Position numbers and translations under genes: made by a program. This document shows positions 49,156 to 58,504 of a stretch of DNA of 64,000 nucleotides, in pieces. This DNA is from Candidatus Saccharimonadota bacterium (GTDB taxonomy: Bacteria > Patescibacteriota > Saccharimonadia > Saccharimonadales > Saccharimonadaceae). A model generated the notes under the pieces. The model searched no databases and had not been told where the DNA came from. It was given only the letters and a program-made list of their open reading frames with translations. How positions within the stretch are numbered: position 1 is the first letter of the stretch; each line of letters begins with the position of its first letter. The stretch covers positions 1,454 through 65,453 of the forward strand of contig JAFWOH010000001.1 of the NCBI GenBank assembly GCA_017509895.1. The letters are read 5' to 3'.

Positions 49156-49956
49156 ATGGGAAAAGTAATTGAAGCAAAAAATTTAGTAAAAGTTTATGGT
49201 AAAAAATCGGCGGCGTTTACGGCGCTGAAGGGGATAAATTTAGAGATTTATGAGGGGGAGAGTGTGGCGATTGTGGGGAAGTCGGGCTCGGGTAAGTCGA
49301 CTCTGATGCACCTTCTTGCGTTACTTGACTCTCCAACGAGTGGGACGATAAAAATTGATGGCGAGGATGCGACAAAACTGTCGAAAAGACAACTAAACAG
49401 GTTGCGAAATTCGCGGTTTGGATTTGTTTTCCAGCAGTTTTTCATGAATGCGAATGATACGGTGCTTGAGAATGTAATGTTGCCTTTAAAAATCGCCGGA
49501 GTTTCTGGGCGAAAGCGAAAAGAGATGGCAATGGAAGCTTTGAAGATTGTCGACCTTGAGAGCAAGGCGAAAAATAAAGCGACAGACCTCTCAGGTGGAC
49601 AGAAACAGCGGGTTTGTATTGCGCGAGCGATTGTGAATAATCCGAAAATTATTTTTGCGGACGAGCCGACGGGCAATCTAGACTCGGCGACTGGTGATAA
49701 AATTACCGATTTGCTATTTGAACTGAATAAGCGACGGGGAGTGACTTTAATTATCGTAACGCATGATGAAGACCTTGCGAAACTCTGTAAGAGAATTGTA
49801 CGGATTTCGGACGGAAAAATTATTTCCGATAGCGCGGTAAGAAAAGATGTCCAAGAAAAGGCTTCAGAGCGGCGCGAAAAAGAGGCGGCGAGGGTCAAAA
49901 AGGCAAATGAAAAGGAGACTGAGGAAAAGAAGACAAGCGAAAAGGAGATGAAATAA
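49156..49956 (+). CDS. ABC transporter ATP-binding protein (MacB/LolD-like)
   Basis: GKSGSGKST, LSGGQKQRV, ADEPTGNLD, VTHD. Confidence 0.92.
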   Translation: MGKVIEAKNLVKVYGKKSAAFTALKGINLEIYEGESVAIVGKSGSGKSTLMHLLALLDSPTSGTIKIDGEDATKLSKRQLNRLRNSRFGFVFQQFFMNANDTVLENVMLPLKIAGVSGRKRKEMAMEALKIVDLESKAKNKATDLSGGQKQRVCIARAIVNNPKIIFADEPTGNLDSATGDKITDLLFELNKRRGVTLIIVTHDEDLAKLCKRIVRISDGKIISDSAVRKDVQEKASERREKEAARVKKANEKETEEKKTSEKEMK

Positions 49957-51266
49957 TGAAAACTCTAGATATTATTAAATCGGCAAATTCAAATTTATTT
50001 AGAAATAAGACGCGGACATTCTTGACTATTCTGGCGGTATTTATTGGTTCATTCACGATTATCTTAAATTCGGCGATTAATTCTGGTGTAAACGATTTTA
50101 TCGACCGACAGGTAGAGAGCGCGGGTGGAGATGGATATCTTGAGATTATGACAAGCGAAGCGATAGATATGATGGCTGCTATGATGAATACTTCCGAGGT
50201 GCAGGAGTATAAAGAAAAGGATAATAGTGGCCAGAATAGATCTTATATTACTGACGAGCAAGTAAGAAAGGCGCGGGCAATACCTGGAGTAGAGTCAGTA
50301 GACCTAATTTATTATGCGACGCCGGAGTACATAAAACGAAAAGATTCCGACGAAAAATATGCGGTGACAAGTTTAAATTTGATGCCGAGAGGTAATGTTA
50401 ATCTCGATGTGACCGCTGGGCGCAAGCCAGATTCTAGCACCGATAAGACGGAGGTGGCGCTAACGGAGGCTTATGTCAAAGCGCTAGGATTTTCTAGCGA
50501 TGAAGATGCAATTGGTAAAGTGGTAACTTTTGCAGTACCGAACACAATTGGTTGTTATACGGCAGTAAAGAGAGAAGATTGTTTGAAATTTGTTGATGCG
50601 GAAGTGGTAGCAGTGCAGGCGCCAGGCGTAATGGCAACCGGCGGAATGCGTGCAAATTTGGCACTCAATGAGCAAATTTATAATCTTGCAACTGAGGGAA
50701 TGCCAGAAGAAACAAAACGTCATGCTTTTCAGGCGACAGCACAGGTAGATCCGGCGAGAGTGGATGAGATAAAAGAAGAAATGAAGAAGATTGGACTTGC
50801 AGCAGTGACGATTGATGATGAAGTTGGGATGATTAGAACATTCTTTGATGCGATTTTGGTTGTCTTTACGATTTTCGGAGCAATTGCTTTGGTTGCGGCC
50901 TCGATTGGAATTATTAACACCCTGTTTATGTCAGTGCAGGAGCGGACGCGCGAGATTGGTCTGATGAAGGCAATGGGGCTTTCGAGCGGACGAATTTTCT
51001 TCAGCTTTTCTTGCGAGGCGATTTTGCTCGGCTTTTGGGGGTCGGTGTTTGGGATTATTGTTTCGATGGTTATCGGTTTGATTGGTAATCAGATTGCGCA
51101 CCAGACATTCCTCGCCGATTTTCCGACGTTTGATCTCGTGAAGTTTAATCCGGTCAACATGGCGATTATTGTTTTGATTATTATGGCGATTGCTTTCCTG
51201 GCTGGGACTTTACCGGCGAGACGGGCGGCGAAGAAGAACCCGATTGATGCTCTAAGATACGAGTGA
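49956..51266 (+). CDS. ABC transporter permease (MacB/FtsX-like)
   Basis: RNKTRTFLT, large extracellular domain, NTLFMSVQERTREIGLMKAMG, PARRAAKKNPIDALRYE. Confidence 0.92.
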   Translation: MKTLDIIKSANSNLFRNKTRTFLTILAVFIGSFTIILNSAINSGVNDFIDRQVESAGGDGYLEIMTSEAIDMMAAMMNTSEVQEYKEKDNSGQNRSYITDEQVRKARAIPGVESVDLIYYATPEYIKRKDSDEKYAVTSLNLMPRGNVNLDVTAGRKPDSSTDKTEVALTEAYVKALGFSSDEDAIGKVVTFAVPNTIGCYTAVKREDCLKFVDAEVVAVQAPGVMATGGMRANLALNEQIYNLATEGMPEETKRHAFQATAQVDPARVDEIKEEMKKIGLAAVTIDDEVGMIRTFFDAILVVFTIFGAIALVAASIGIINTLFMSVQERTREIGLMKAMGLSSGRIFFSFSCEAILLGFWGSVFGIIVSMVIGLIGNQIAHQTFLADFPTFDLVKFNPVNMAIIVLIIMAIAFLAGTLPARRAAKKNPIDALRYE

Positions 51267-51432
51267 TATCGCGTAGCGGAGCGAATTACTTCCTCAGCGG
51301 ATGCGCTACGGTGATATTGCGTAGTAGGGCGAGCTGCTTCGTTAGGAGATGCGCTCCTCGCTCTCCGTACTTTAAGTACGGTTCGCTCCGGTGCTCCTCC
51401 TGCCTCGCATCTCATCCCTACTACGCAATATC
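51266..51432. repeat. Nested palindromic element (REP-like)
   Basis: 17-bp perfect IR (51313-51329/51416-51432), inner IRs GAGATGCG/CGCATCTC and CCGTAC/GTACGG, and an upstream hairpin. Confidence 0.75.
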
Positions 51433-51475
51433 TGGAACTAGCGAGAAAAGCACAAACGGTGTATAATATAAGCAT

Positions 51476-54418
51476 ATGCCGAAATATCAGACATATGGTC
51501 AGTATGACGCGAGAAAAGATGAATTTCCGGAAAGTGCGGAGAAGGTTTTGCGTGCTGGAGAAGAGGCGGCGAGTGGAGATTTTGAAAAAGATGCAGTTTC
51601 TAGTGAGAAACTAGAGAAAGATGAGCAACAAGGTTTTTATAATAGTACCGCGAGAGAGGCGAATAAGCGAGAGGGCTTGTATCAAGGTTCTGGGCTAGTA
51701 ACGGCTCTAAATGGGGCGCGCGGAAGGAGTAAGGGCGGGAGCTTTATGAAAAGGCGGGCGCCGCTGATTGCAATTATCGCCTTGATTGGCGGGATGGCGG
51801 TCGGGATTGGTTTTTCACAGGTCTTAATGCCCTTTCATGTGATTGAATCTTTGACAGAGGTGACAGACGGAGCATTTACGGCGAGAGCAGCACGGATGCC
51901 GAGCCTTGCAAAGTGGATTTTTAATATGGAGACACAAGATGTATTTACAGAAAGCACACCAAGAATTAAGAGCTTGTTGACTGGTGAGCATTATCGTTTT
52001 AGGAGCAATATTGAATCGAATAAGGTAAAAGCTAGATTGGCAGACGAAGGTATAGATGTCGACACAAGTAGCGGAAAAACAGTTTTAAACTATCATCAAG
52101 CGGATGGGTCGGTTCGTACGGTGACGGCGGATGACTATGCGGAACTTTGGCGGAGTGATGCGGACTTTCGGAATAAGATGAATCGGGGAGGCAGGAGTTT
52201 CCTCGGACGGATTGCGGCCCATATTGATTTAACTTTGGCAAATTTTTTGAGTAGTCATAATCTGACGAAGAATTTATTTAAGGGTTGGATAAATAAAGTT
52301 TATGAGGCGGAGGGGCAGACAGCAAGGCTTCATAGTGTGATCGAGGAGAGGAAATCTAGTACACTTGGAGATGTCGATGCTGGTACTGGTAAATCTAATA
52401 TTGATGAAGATGATAAAATAGGAAGTATTCAACAAATTGGGGATGAAGAGGGGCCAAAAAAGATAAATCCAAAAACCGATACTGATGCAGATCTCAAAGG
52501 TAAATATACCGATATGATAGCGAATGTCGCTAGTATTACTACGAGTGCGGTTTGTGGGGCGGCGGCGGTGGCCTCGGCGGTGACAGCGGCAAAATTAGTA
52601 ATAGCCTATTCTAATGCGCGCGGAACTTTTTCGGCGCAGGCAGAAGGAGTAGATAAGGTGAAGGCTGGGATGGGTAATACATCGCCAATTAATGCTATCG
52701 CTGACGAGATGATGGCGAAAGACGAAAATGGAAAGACAATGTTGCAGTCTGAGCAAATGAAATGGGCGATTTCTGGCGGGGCTTATACGCCGAATAAGAA
52801 TGCGGAGGATGTAGTGAGTAATAGTCAGGATGCGATGCTTCGAGGCACCGGAGGGATATTTGATGGGCTTTCTGGTTTTTGGAATAATCTTGGAACAATT
52901 GGGTCAAGTACAAAGTGGATTATTGGTTGTGCGGCGGCAAATGTAGCGACGGCAACGATTTCAATAATAGCGAATATTGCAACTGCTGGTATGTTTTCGT
53001 TTGGGAAATTTGCACTTACTGCGGTGGCGGGGATAGGTTTATCCGTAGGAGTAAGCAAGTTAGCTTCAATGTTGGTAGAAAATGCAAAATCTGATTTTTG
53101 TCTTGATAAAACTGGGGTAGCAAGAGGCGCCTGTGTTTATCTGGGGGCTTCAAATTATAATGGTCTGAATTTTCAAAATGGCGGGGGGACATTGGCAACG
53201 CGCGAAAAAGCGGAGGCTTTCTATGATTCATATAAGATAGCTTTGGCGGATGAGGCGGAGCTGATTCGGAGCGAGAAAAGTCCCTTTGATGCTTCGTCTT
53301 CACACACATTCTTAGGCTCAATTATTTCAAAATTCTCAGTCTTGGCAGTAGATATGCCAGACACAGCAAATATGCTGAGCAATCTCGCCAATGTGACGAT
53401 GTCTTCATTCAACAGTTTATTACCTTCAGCATCGGCGCTTGAAAAAACTAGTTTCTTAGATAACCAATTACGCAATGATTGCGAGAATTTAAATTTCGGC
53501 AGTTTTCAGGCGCTAGGAGATACAAATTGTGAGGCTTGGTATATTACGGACCAAAGCATGAATGATTCTAATCCGGAGGAGACTTTTAATTACTTAATGA
53601 ATTATCATCTAGCACATATCGGAGTCGAATCGATGTTCGAGATGAATGCGGATGGAAGTCTAAAAACAGACGAGAAAACTGGCGCAGAAATAATAAATCC
53701 GAAATCAGATTTAGCGAAATATATTTCTTATTGCGCTTATCGTAATTCCCCGTTTGGCCATGTTGACCAAAATATTATGGATGCCGAAACTTCGTTAATA
53801 AAGACAGGAAACGAGACGGCGAATAGTACAATAAATCAAATATTAGGCGTGATTCCTATTGTTGGCGATTTCATTCAGGCTGTTCAGGGGGTGAGCCAGA
53901 TTGCAACTTTAGGATGGAGTACGGGAGCGAATTGTGTGGCTAGAGGAACGGCAGTTGATACGCAAATTGACGGTATGACTGTGGATGATGTTTCTCAGGG
54001 TCCGCAGACGGCAGGCGCAGTAAGCTTAACTTCTTGGAATGAATTTATGAAATATGCACAAAGTTATGTAGCAGATGATAGGTATATGGAAACGGTAGAC
54101 AAGGATTATGTTTCACCGGTGCAAGAATATATGAAGGGCTATGGAGGGATGACATCGGATGACGAGTTGTCATTCGTGGAATATTTGGCGAAGTATTCGG
54201 GATATACGGTGGAAAATATGCAGATTGCCTTAAATGAAATTGAATATTGGACTTATATTGGGCAATATGACCCGGAGGGTAAGGGGCCGATGAAGTTTGC
54301 TACTGAGGCCGAGCCGACTTATGATTTTACCTCGCCGGAAGTGGTTCCGTCGGAGGTTTTGGCGATTTTGCCGCGGCGGGTGGTTTATCTCACGCGTGAG
54401 CAGTGGACGACGGCATAA
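51476..54418 (+). CDS. 980-aa hypothetical membrane protein with Cys-containing extracellular region
   Basis: Long uninterrupted ORF; TM near residue 100; Ala/Gly-rich hydrophobic hairpins in the middle. Confidence 0.75.
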   Translation: MPKYQTYGQYDARKDEFPESAEKVLRAGEEAASGDFEKDAVSSEKLEKDEQQGFYNSTAREANKREGLYQGSGLVTALNGARGRSKGGSFMKRRAPLIAIIALIGGMAVGIGFSQVLMPFHVIESLTEVTDGAFTARAARMPSLAKWIFNMETQDVFTESTPRIKSLLTGEHYRFRSNIESNKVKARLADEGIDVDTSSGKTVLNYHQADGSVRTVTADDYAELWRSDADFRNKMNRGGRSFLGRIAAHIDLTLANFLSSHNLTKNLFKGWINKVYEAEGQTARLHSVIEERKSSTLGDVDAGTGKSNIDEDDKIGSIQQIGDEEGPKKINPKTDTDADLKGKYTDMIANVASITTSAVCGAAAVASAVTAAKLVIAYSNARGTFSAQAEGVDKVKAGMGNTSPINAIADEMMAKDENGKTMLQSEQMKWAISGGAYTPNKNAEDVVSNSQDAMLRGTGGIFDGLSGFWNNLGTIGSSTKWIIGCAAANVATATISIIANIATAGMFSFGKFALTAVAGIGLSVGVSKLASMLVENAKSDFCLDKTGVARGACVYLGASNYNGLNFQNGGGTLATREKAEAFYDSYKIALADEAELIRSEKSPFDASSSHTFLGSIISKFSVLAVDMPDTANMLSNLANVTMSSFNSLLPSASALEKTSFLDNQLRNDCENLNFGSFQALGDTNCEAWYITDQSMNDSNPEETFNYLMNYHLAHIGVESMFEMNADGSLKTDEKTGAEIINPKSDLAKYISYCAYRNSPFGHVDQNIMDAETSLIKTGNETANSTINQILGVIPIVGDFIQAVQGVSQIATLGWSTGANCVARGTAVDTQIDGMTVDDVSQGPQTAGAVSLTSWNEFMKYAQSYVADDRYMETVDKDYVSPVQEYMKGYGGMTSDDELSFVEYLAKYSGYTVENMQIALNEIEYWTYIGQYDPEGKGPMKFATEAEPTYDFTSPEVVPSEVLAILPRRVVYLTREQWTTA

Positions 54419-54443
54419 AAAAGTGATATAATTGATACTAGAT

Positions 54444-54518
54444 TGAGCCGTCGCCAAGTGGTAAGGCACTGGGTTTTGGTCCCAGCATTCGCAGGTTCGA
54501 ATCCTGCCGGCTCAGCCA
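54444..54518 (+). tRNA. tRNA-Gln(TTG)
   Basis: TGAGCCG/CGGCTCA acceptor stem, CTGGG-TT-TTG-GT-CCCAG anticodon arm, GGTTCGAATCC, encoded CCA. Confidence 0.96.
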
Positions 54519-54580
54519 AAACGAAAATCGAGAGCTTGCTCTCGGATTTTTGTTTTGCGCGTGCCGGCTTTAGGATCCAC

Positions 54581-54600
54581 ATCCTGCCGGCTCAGCCAAA
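54581..54600 (+). repeat. Direct repeat of the tRNA-Gln 3' end (att-like scar)
   Basis: ATCCTGCCGGCTCAGCCAAA identical to 54501-54520. Confidence 0.85.
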
Positions 54601-54687
54601 TGCAATATTATGAATCGGTTTTGGCCGATTTTTTTGATGAAAAATCTTTGTATATCCTAAACGACTTTGTGCATTTTTCGACATAGA

Positions 54688-55243
54688 AAAAGCCGCTAGT
54701 GTACTAGCGGCTGGGAACCCTTTCGGGCAGTGAAAACAATATTTTATCTTTTTCCTATTTTTTTTCCAGATTGAGCAGTACTACTCTGCAAAGCTCTTTT
54801 GCAATCTGGATGATTGTATAGACAAGTATAAAACATCTTCGCATTTTCTTCTGATGATATGATCATAGTCATACGTTCTTCCAAAAATGTTTTCTCACTT
54901 AAAGTACTACTACCGACAAAGAATATGGCTAAAGCCACTAAAGATTCCTCTCATTTTGCCAAGCATTCCCGCTTAGACGACTTCTAATATTTCCCGCTAT
55001 GACGGGAGCAATAAGAAGTTGCACTCGTCTAACGAGCTACGGTTCAGCCTTAAGACTCGTTTTCTTCTCGACTACGGATAGATTTCAAGTTCCTATTCAG
55101 CTAAGCTGTATGTCCAACTGATAGCACCGCATCGAGTTTTAACAATCTGTGCATGATTGCCAGAAAACTTGTCTTACAAACAAACGTTTCAGAATCATTC
55201 TTTTAAGTTACGCGACTCTTCGTCTCCCATAACTCGGAGTATG
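54688..55243 (-). ncRNA. Candidate ~550-nt structured transcript (may include a 64-aa ORF at 54744-54938)
   Basis: TTGACA-N17-TATAAT at 55277-55249; many hairpins; terminator AGCCGCTAGT/ACTAGCGGCT + TTTT. Confidence 0.45.
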
Positions 55244-55388
55244 TTTATATTATAGCATACATTGTAAAAAATGTCAATATATTTTATGCTTTTCTGCTGA
55301 AATTATCAAATTGCATTCTTTGTACTCTGTTAATGTCAGTTTAATTTTGCTCAGCCATTTGACTTTACGCCTGAATATGGCGTATTTT

Positions 55389-55913
55389 TTACTCGATAGA
55401 AAGTATTTTGCCGTTTTTTAGGTGGAGGATGCGTTGATTGCGGGAGCCGCGGAATTTCAGAGTTAAATCACGCTCTGCGAGGACGAAGCGGCCGTCGATG
55501 AGGGCGTCGAGCTCGTTTAGGAAATCTAGGGTAGCCTGATTTTTCTTAGCCTGTTTTTCATCATCAGTCTTGGCTTTGCCATAATCGACAATTTCTTCGT
55601 AGGTAAAGCCGGAAAAGCTCCAGACATCCCAGCCGAGTTCTTTTTTGGCAAATCTTGCAAGCTCAAGGCAGGCCTCTGGCTGGACAAAAGGCTCGCCGCC
55701 GCAGAAGGTGAGGCCGGTCTGGCCCTTTAACTTCCGCAGCTCGTCCTTTACTTCTTCGACATCGATGAGAAATCCGCCGTTAAAATCCCAAGTTTCTGGA
55801 TTCTGACAGCCCTCGCAATGATTCGGGCAACCCTGCGTCCAAATGACGGCGCGGAGGCCCGGGCCATTGACGATGCTGTCACGCTCGATAGGACCTGATA
55901 GGCGGATTTTCAT
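55389..55913 (-). CDS. nrdG: Anaerobic ribonucleotide reductase activating protein
   Basis: GPGLRAVIWTQGCPNHCEGC radical-SAM motif, GGEP, DGRF...GSRNQR. Confidence 0.95.
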   Translation of the reverse strand: MKIRLSGPIERDSIVNGPGLRAVIWTQGCPNHCEGCQNPETWDFNGGFLIDVEEVKDELRKLKGQTGLTFCGGEPFVQPEACLELARFAKKELGWDVWSFSGFTYEEIVDYGKAKTDDEKQAKKNQATLDFLNELDALIDGRFVLAERDLTLKFRGSRNQRILHLKNGKILSIE

Positions 55914-55914
55914 A

Positions 55915-58278
55915 TTATTCCTTTCCTAACGCTTTCTTAGCGGTTTTCTTGGCCTTCTCGCGGGCGGACTTTTCGGAGACGGAATAGACGCCGTCTTTAT
56001 GGCAGGTCTCGCAGGCGACGGAGTGCTTGACGCGGGCGGCCTCCTCGGCCTTCTTGCCGTCATTCCAGCGCTCTAGGCTACCTACGAGATAGCCGGTGAT
56101 GCGACGGAGGCGCTCAAAGAGAACATCATCCTCGATGCGGCCGCAAGACGGGCAGCGATTCCCTTTGATGATACCAGAAAAGCCACAGACCGGATCGCGA
56201 TCGACAGGGTGATTGACCGAGCCATAGCCAATACCGGCATCTTTCATGTGGCGGATGACCGCTTCAAAAGCCTCGATATTATCGGAAGGATCACCGTCTA
56301 ATTCAATATAGCTAATATGGCCGGCATTACAGAGGGCGTGGAAGGGTGCCTCTTTGTCGATTTTATCAAAAGCGGAAATATTATAATAAACTGGGACATG
56401 GAAGGAATTGGTATAGAAATCGCGGTCGGTGACGCCTTCGATTTTACCATATTCTTTACGATCCATCTTAGTAAAGCGACCGGCAAGACCCTCGGCAGGA
56501 GTGGCGAGGAGCGAGAAATTGAGATGATATTTCTTGGTATATTCATCACATCTCTCGCGCATATGGGTGATGATGTCGAGACCGAGCTCCTCGGCCTCGT
56601 CTGACTCGCCATGATGCTGGCCAATCATCGCCTTTAAGGTCTCGGCGAGGCCGATAAAGCCGATAGAGAGAGTGCCATGCTTAATTACATCACCTAGCTT
56701 ATCATTAGGCTTTAATTTTTCAGAACCGAACCAGTTCCCTTGTCCCATGAGGAAGGGGAAGTTTCTAACGTGCTGATTGGCTTGAAAGTCATAGCGCTCA
56801 AGAAGCTCATCTTTAACTAAGTCCATCATCTTATCAAGGTCTTTATAAAAACCGGACCAGTCTGCTTCCTTTCTTTCGCCGAGGCAGATGCCATGCTTGA
56901 TGCCGAGGCGGACGAGATTAATCGTGGTGAAGGAGCAGTTGCCGCGACCGGTCACGATGCCATCTGACTCTTTAAAGCAAGAGCCAAAGACGCGGGTGCG
57001 GCAGCCCATGGTGGCAATCTCGGTATTGTAATCGCCGGGCTTATAATATTGGAGGTTAAACGGCGCATCGATGAAGGTGAAATTCGGGAAGAGCCTTTTT
57101 GCCGAGACTTCCATACTGCGCTTAAATAAGTCATAATTCGGGTCTTCAGGATTATAGTTAACTCCCTCTTTGACCTTGAAAATGGAAATCGGGAAAATCG
57201 GGGTCTCGCCATGACCGAGGCCGTTCATGGTAGCCTCGAGGAGATACTTCGAGACGAGGCGGCCAGAGGGGCTGGTGTCCGTACCGAAGTTAATACTCGT
57301 GAATGGCACCTGAGCGCCGGCACGGGAATGCATGGTGTTAAGATTATGGATAAAGCCCTCCATGGCTTGAAAAGTCTGTTTCTCGGTATCCTCGGTACTA
57401 GCCTTAATAACAGAGGCGGGGACTTTAAGCTTCTTTAATTTTTCATCTTCGCCAAATTTAATATCATCGGGGATTTCAATCTTAAGATGCTTATCGGCGA
57501 ATTCATTGTATTTTTCGAGATTAGATTTTAAGGCCTTTTTGAAAGTCTTGTCGACGCCGGGAGCCATGGCATAGTCGAAATTCGGAATGGACTGTCCACC
57601 ATGTTGCTCGTTTTGATTGGCTTGAAGGATGATGGCGGCGAGAGCGGCATAGGAACCAATCGAATTGGGGGTGCGGAGATGACCATGACCGGTATTAAAA
57701 CCACCGTTTGCAAAAAGTTTTAGAGGGTCTGTCTGACAACAAGTGAGGGTGCCGGTGGCATAGAAATCGAGATCATGAATATGGATGTCGCCATTATCAT
57801 GAGCATAGGCATGCTCCGGCTTTAATAATACAATTTTAGCAAAGGCCTTTGAACCCTCAGCGCCGAATTGGAGCATTTTGCCCATGGCGGAATTACCATC
57901 AACATTAGCGTTAGATCGCTTAATATCGGAATCTTCGGAAGCATCAGCGATAGAAATGGTCTTATAAGCCTCCATGAGATTTGACTTGGCATCGCGGACC
58001 TTGTTTCTTTCCTGACGATAAGTAATGTATTCCTTAGCGGTACGCTTAAAGCTGGACTCCATCAAGACGCGCTCGACGATGTCCTGAATCTGTTCTACCT
58101 TCGGAGTGCGCTCTGTGATTTCCTCTTCAGCGACTTTTAGTACCTTTTCGGTCAGCTGTTTGGCGCGGTCATATTTAAATTCTTCGGTCGCTGCTCCGGC
58201 CGCAGCGATAGCGTCGGTGATTTTTTCGGGATTGAAACTGACGATTTTTCCATCTCGTTTCTGAATTTTCTTGAACAT
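55915..58278 (-). CDS. nrdD: Anaerobic (class III) ribonucleoside-triphosphate reductase with ATP cone
   Basis: N-terminal ATP cone, HIHDLD, TCCQ, MGCRT, TPAEG, RRITGYL glycyl-radical motif. Confidence 0.97.
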   Translation of the reverse strand: MFKKIQKRDGKIVSFNPEKITDAIAAAGAATEEFKYDRAKQLTEKVLKVAEEEITERTPKVEQIQDIVERVLMESSFKRTAKEYITYRQERNKVRDAKSNLMEAYKTISIADASEDSDIKRSNANVDGNSAMGKMLQFGAEGSKAFAKIVLLKPEHAYAHDNGDIHIHDLDFYATGTLTCCQTDPLKLFANGGFNTGHGHLRTPNSIGSYAALAAIILQANQNEQHGGQSIPNFDYAMAPGVDKTFKKALKSNLEKYNEFADKHLKIEIPDDIKFGEDEKLKKLKVPASVIKASTEDTEKQTFQAMEGFIHNLNTMHSRAGAQVPFTSINFGTDTSPSGRLVSKYLLEATMNGLGHGETPIFPISIFKVKEGVNYNPEDPNYDLFKRSMEVSAKRLFPNFTFIDAPFNLQYYKPGDYNTEIATMGCRTRVFGSCFKESDGIVTGRGNCSFTTINLVRLGIKHGICLGERKEADWSGFYKDLDKMMDLVKDELLERYDFQANQHVRNFPFLMGQGNWFGSEKLKPNDKLGDVIKHGTLSIGFIGLAETLKAMIGQHHGESDEAEELGLDIITHMRERCDEYTKKYHLNFSLLATPAEGLAGRFTKMDRKEYGKIEGVTDRDFYTNSFHVPVYYNISAFDKIDKEAPFHALCNAGHISYIELDGDPSDNIEAFEAVIRHMKDAGIGYGSVNHPVDRDPVCGFSGIIKGNRCPSCGRIEDDVLFERLRRITGYLVGSLERWNDGKKAEEAARVKHSVACETCHKDGVYSVSEKSAREKAKKTAKKALGKE

Positions 58279-58330
58279 AAAAACTATTACCTCACTTGAT
58301 ATTATTATTATTATTTTGTTTTTGGTTTAG

Positions 58331-58378
58331 ACCCCATATTTAGTGTCTGGAACTATTATAGAACACTATATGTAGTGT
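58331..58378. promoter_or_regulatory. Tandem NrdR boxes flanking the nrdD -10 element
   Basis: ACCCCATATTTAGTGT (58331-58346) and ACACTATATGTAGTGT (58363-58378), 32 bp apart; TTGCAA-N17-TATAAT. Confidence 0.85.
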
Positions 58379-58504
58379 TGCAATAGTTTTTTAGCATAAT
58401 TTTTATGAATTTTTTGGGAGTTTTCCACAAACGAAAGGTAGGGTACTTACTGATTTTATTTTTGATATAAAAAAGCGATGCATTTTACTGCATCGCTTTT
58501 GCGA

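Noticed and set aside
49248-49898. Long antisense ORFs in the track (also 191-559, 11056-11553, 23687-24190, 39007-39495 and others)
   Set aside because: They are shadows of well-supported genes on the other strand, with no recognisable motifs or expression signals.
54744-54938. Confident 64-aa CDS
   Set aside because: It has an SD but no recognisable domain and lies within strong hairpins; it is kept only as an alternative reading of the candidate ncRNA.
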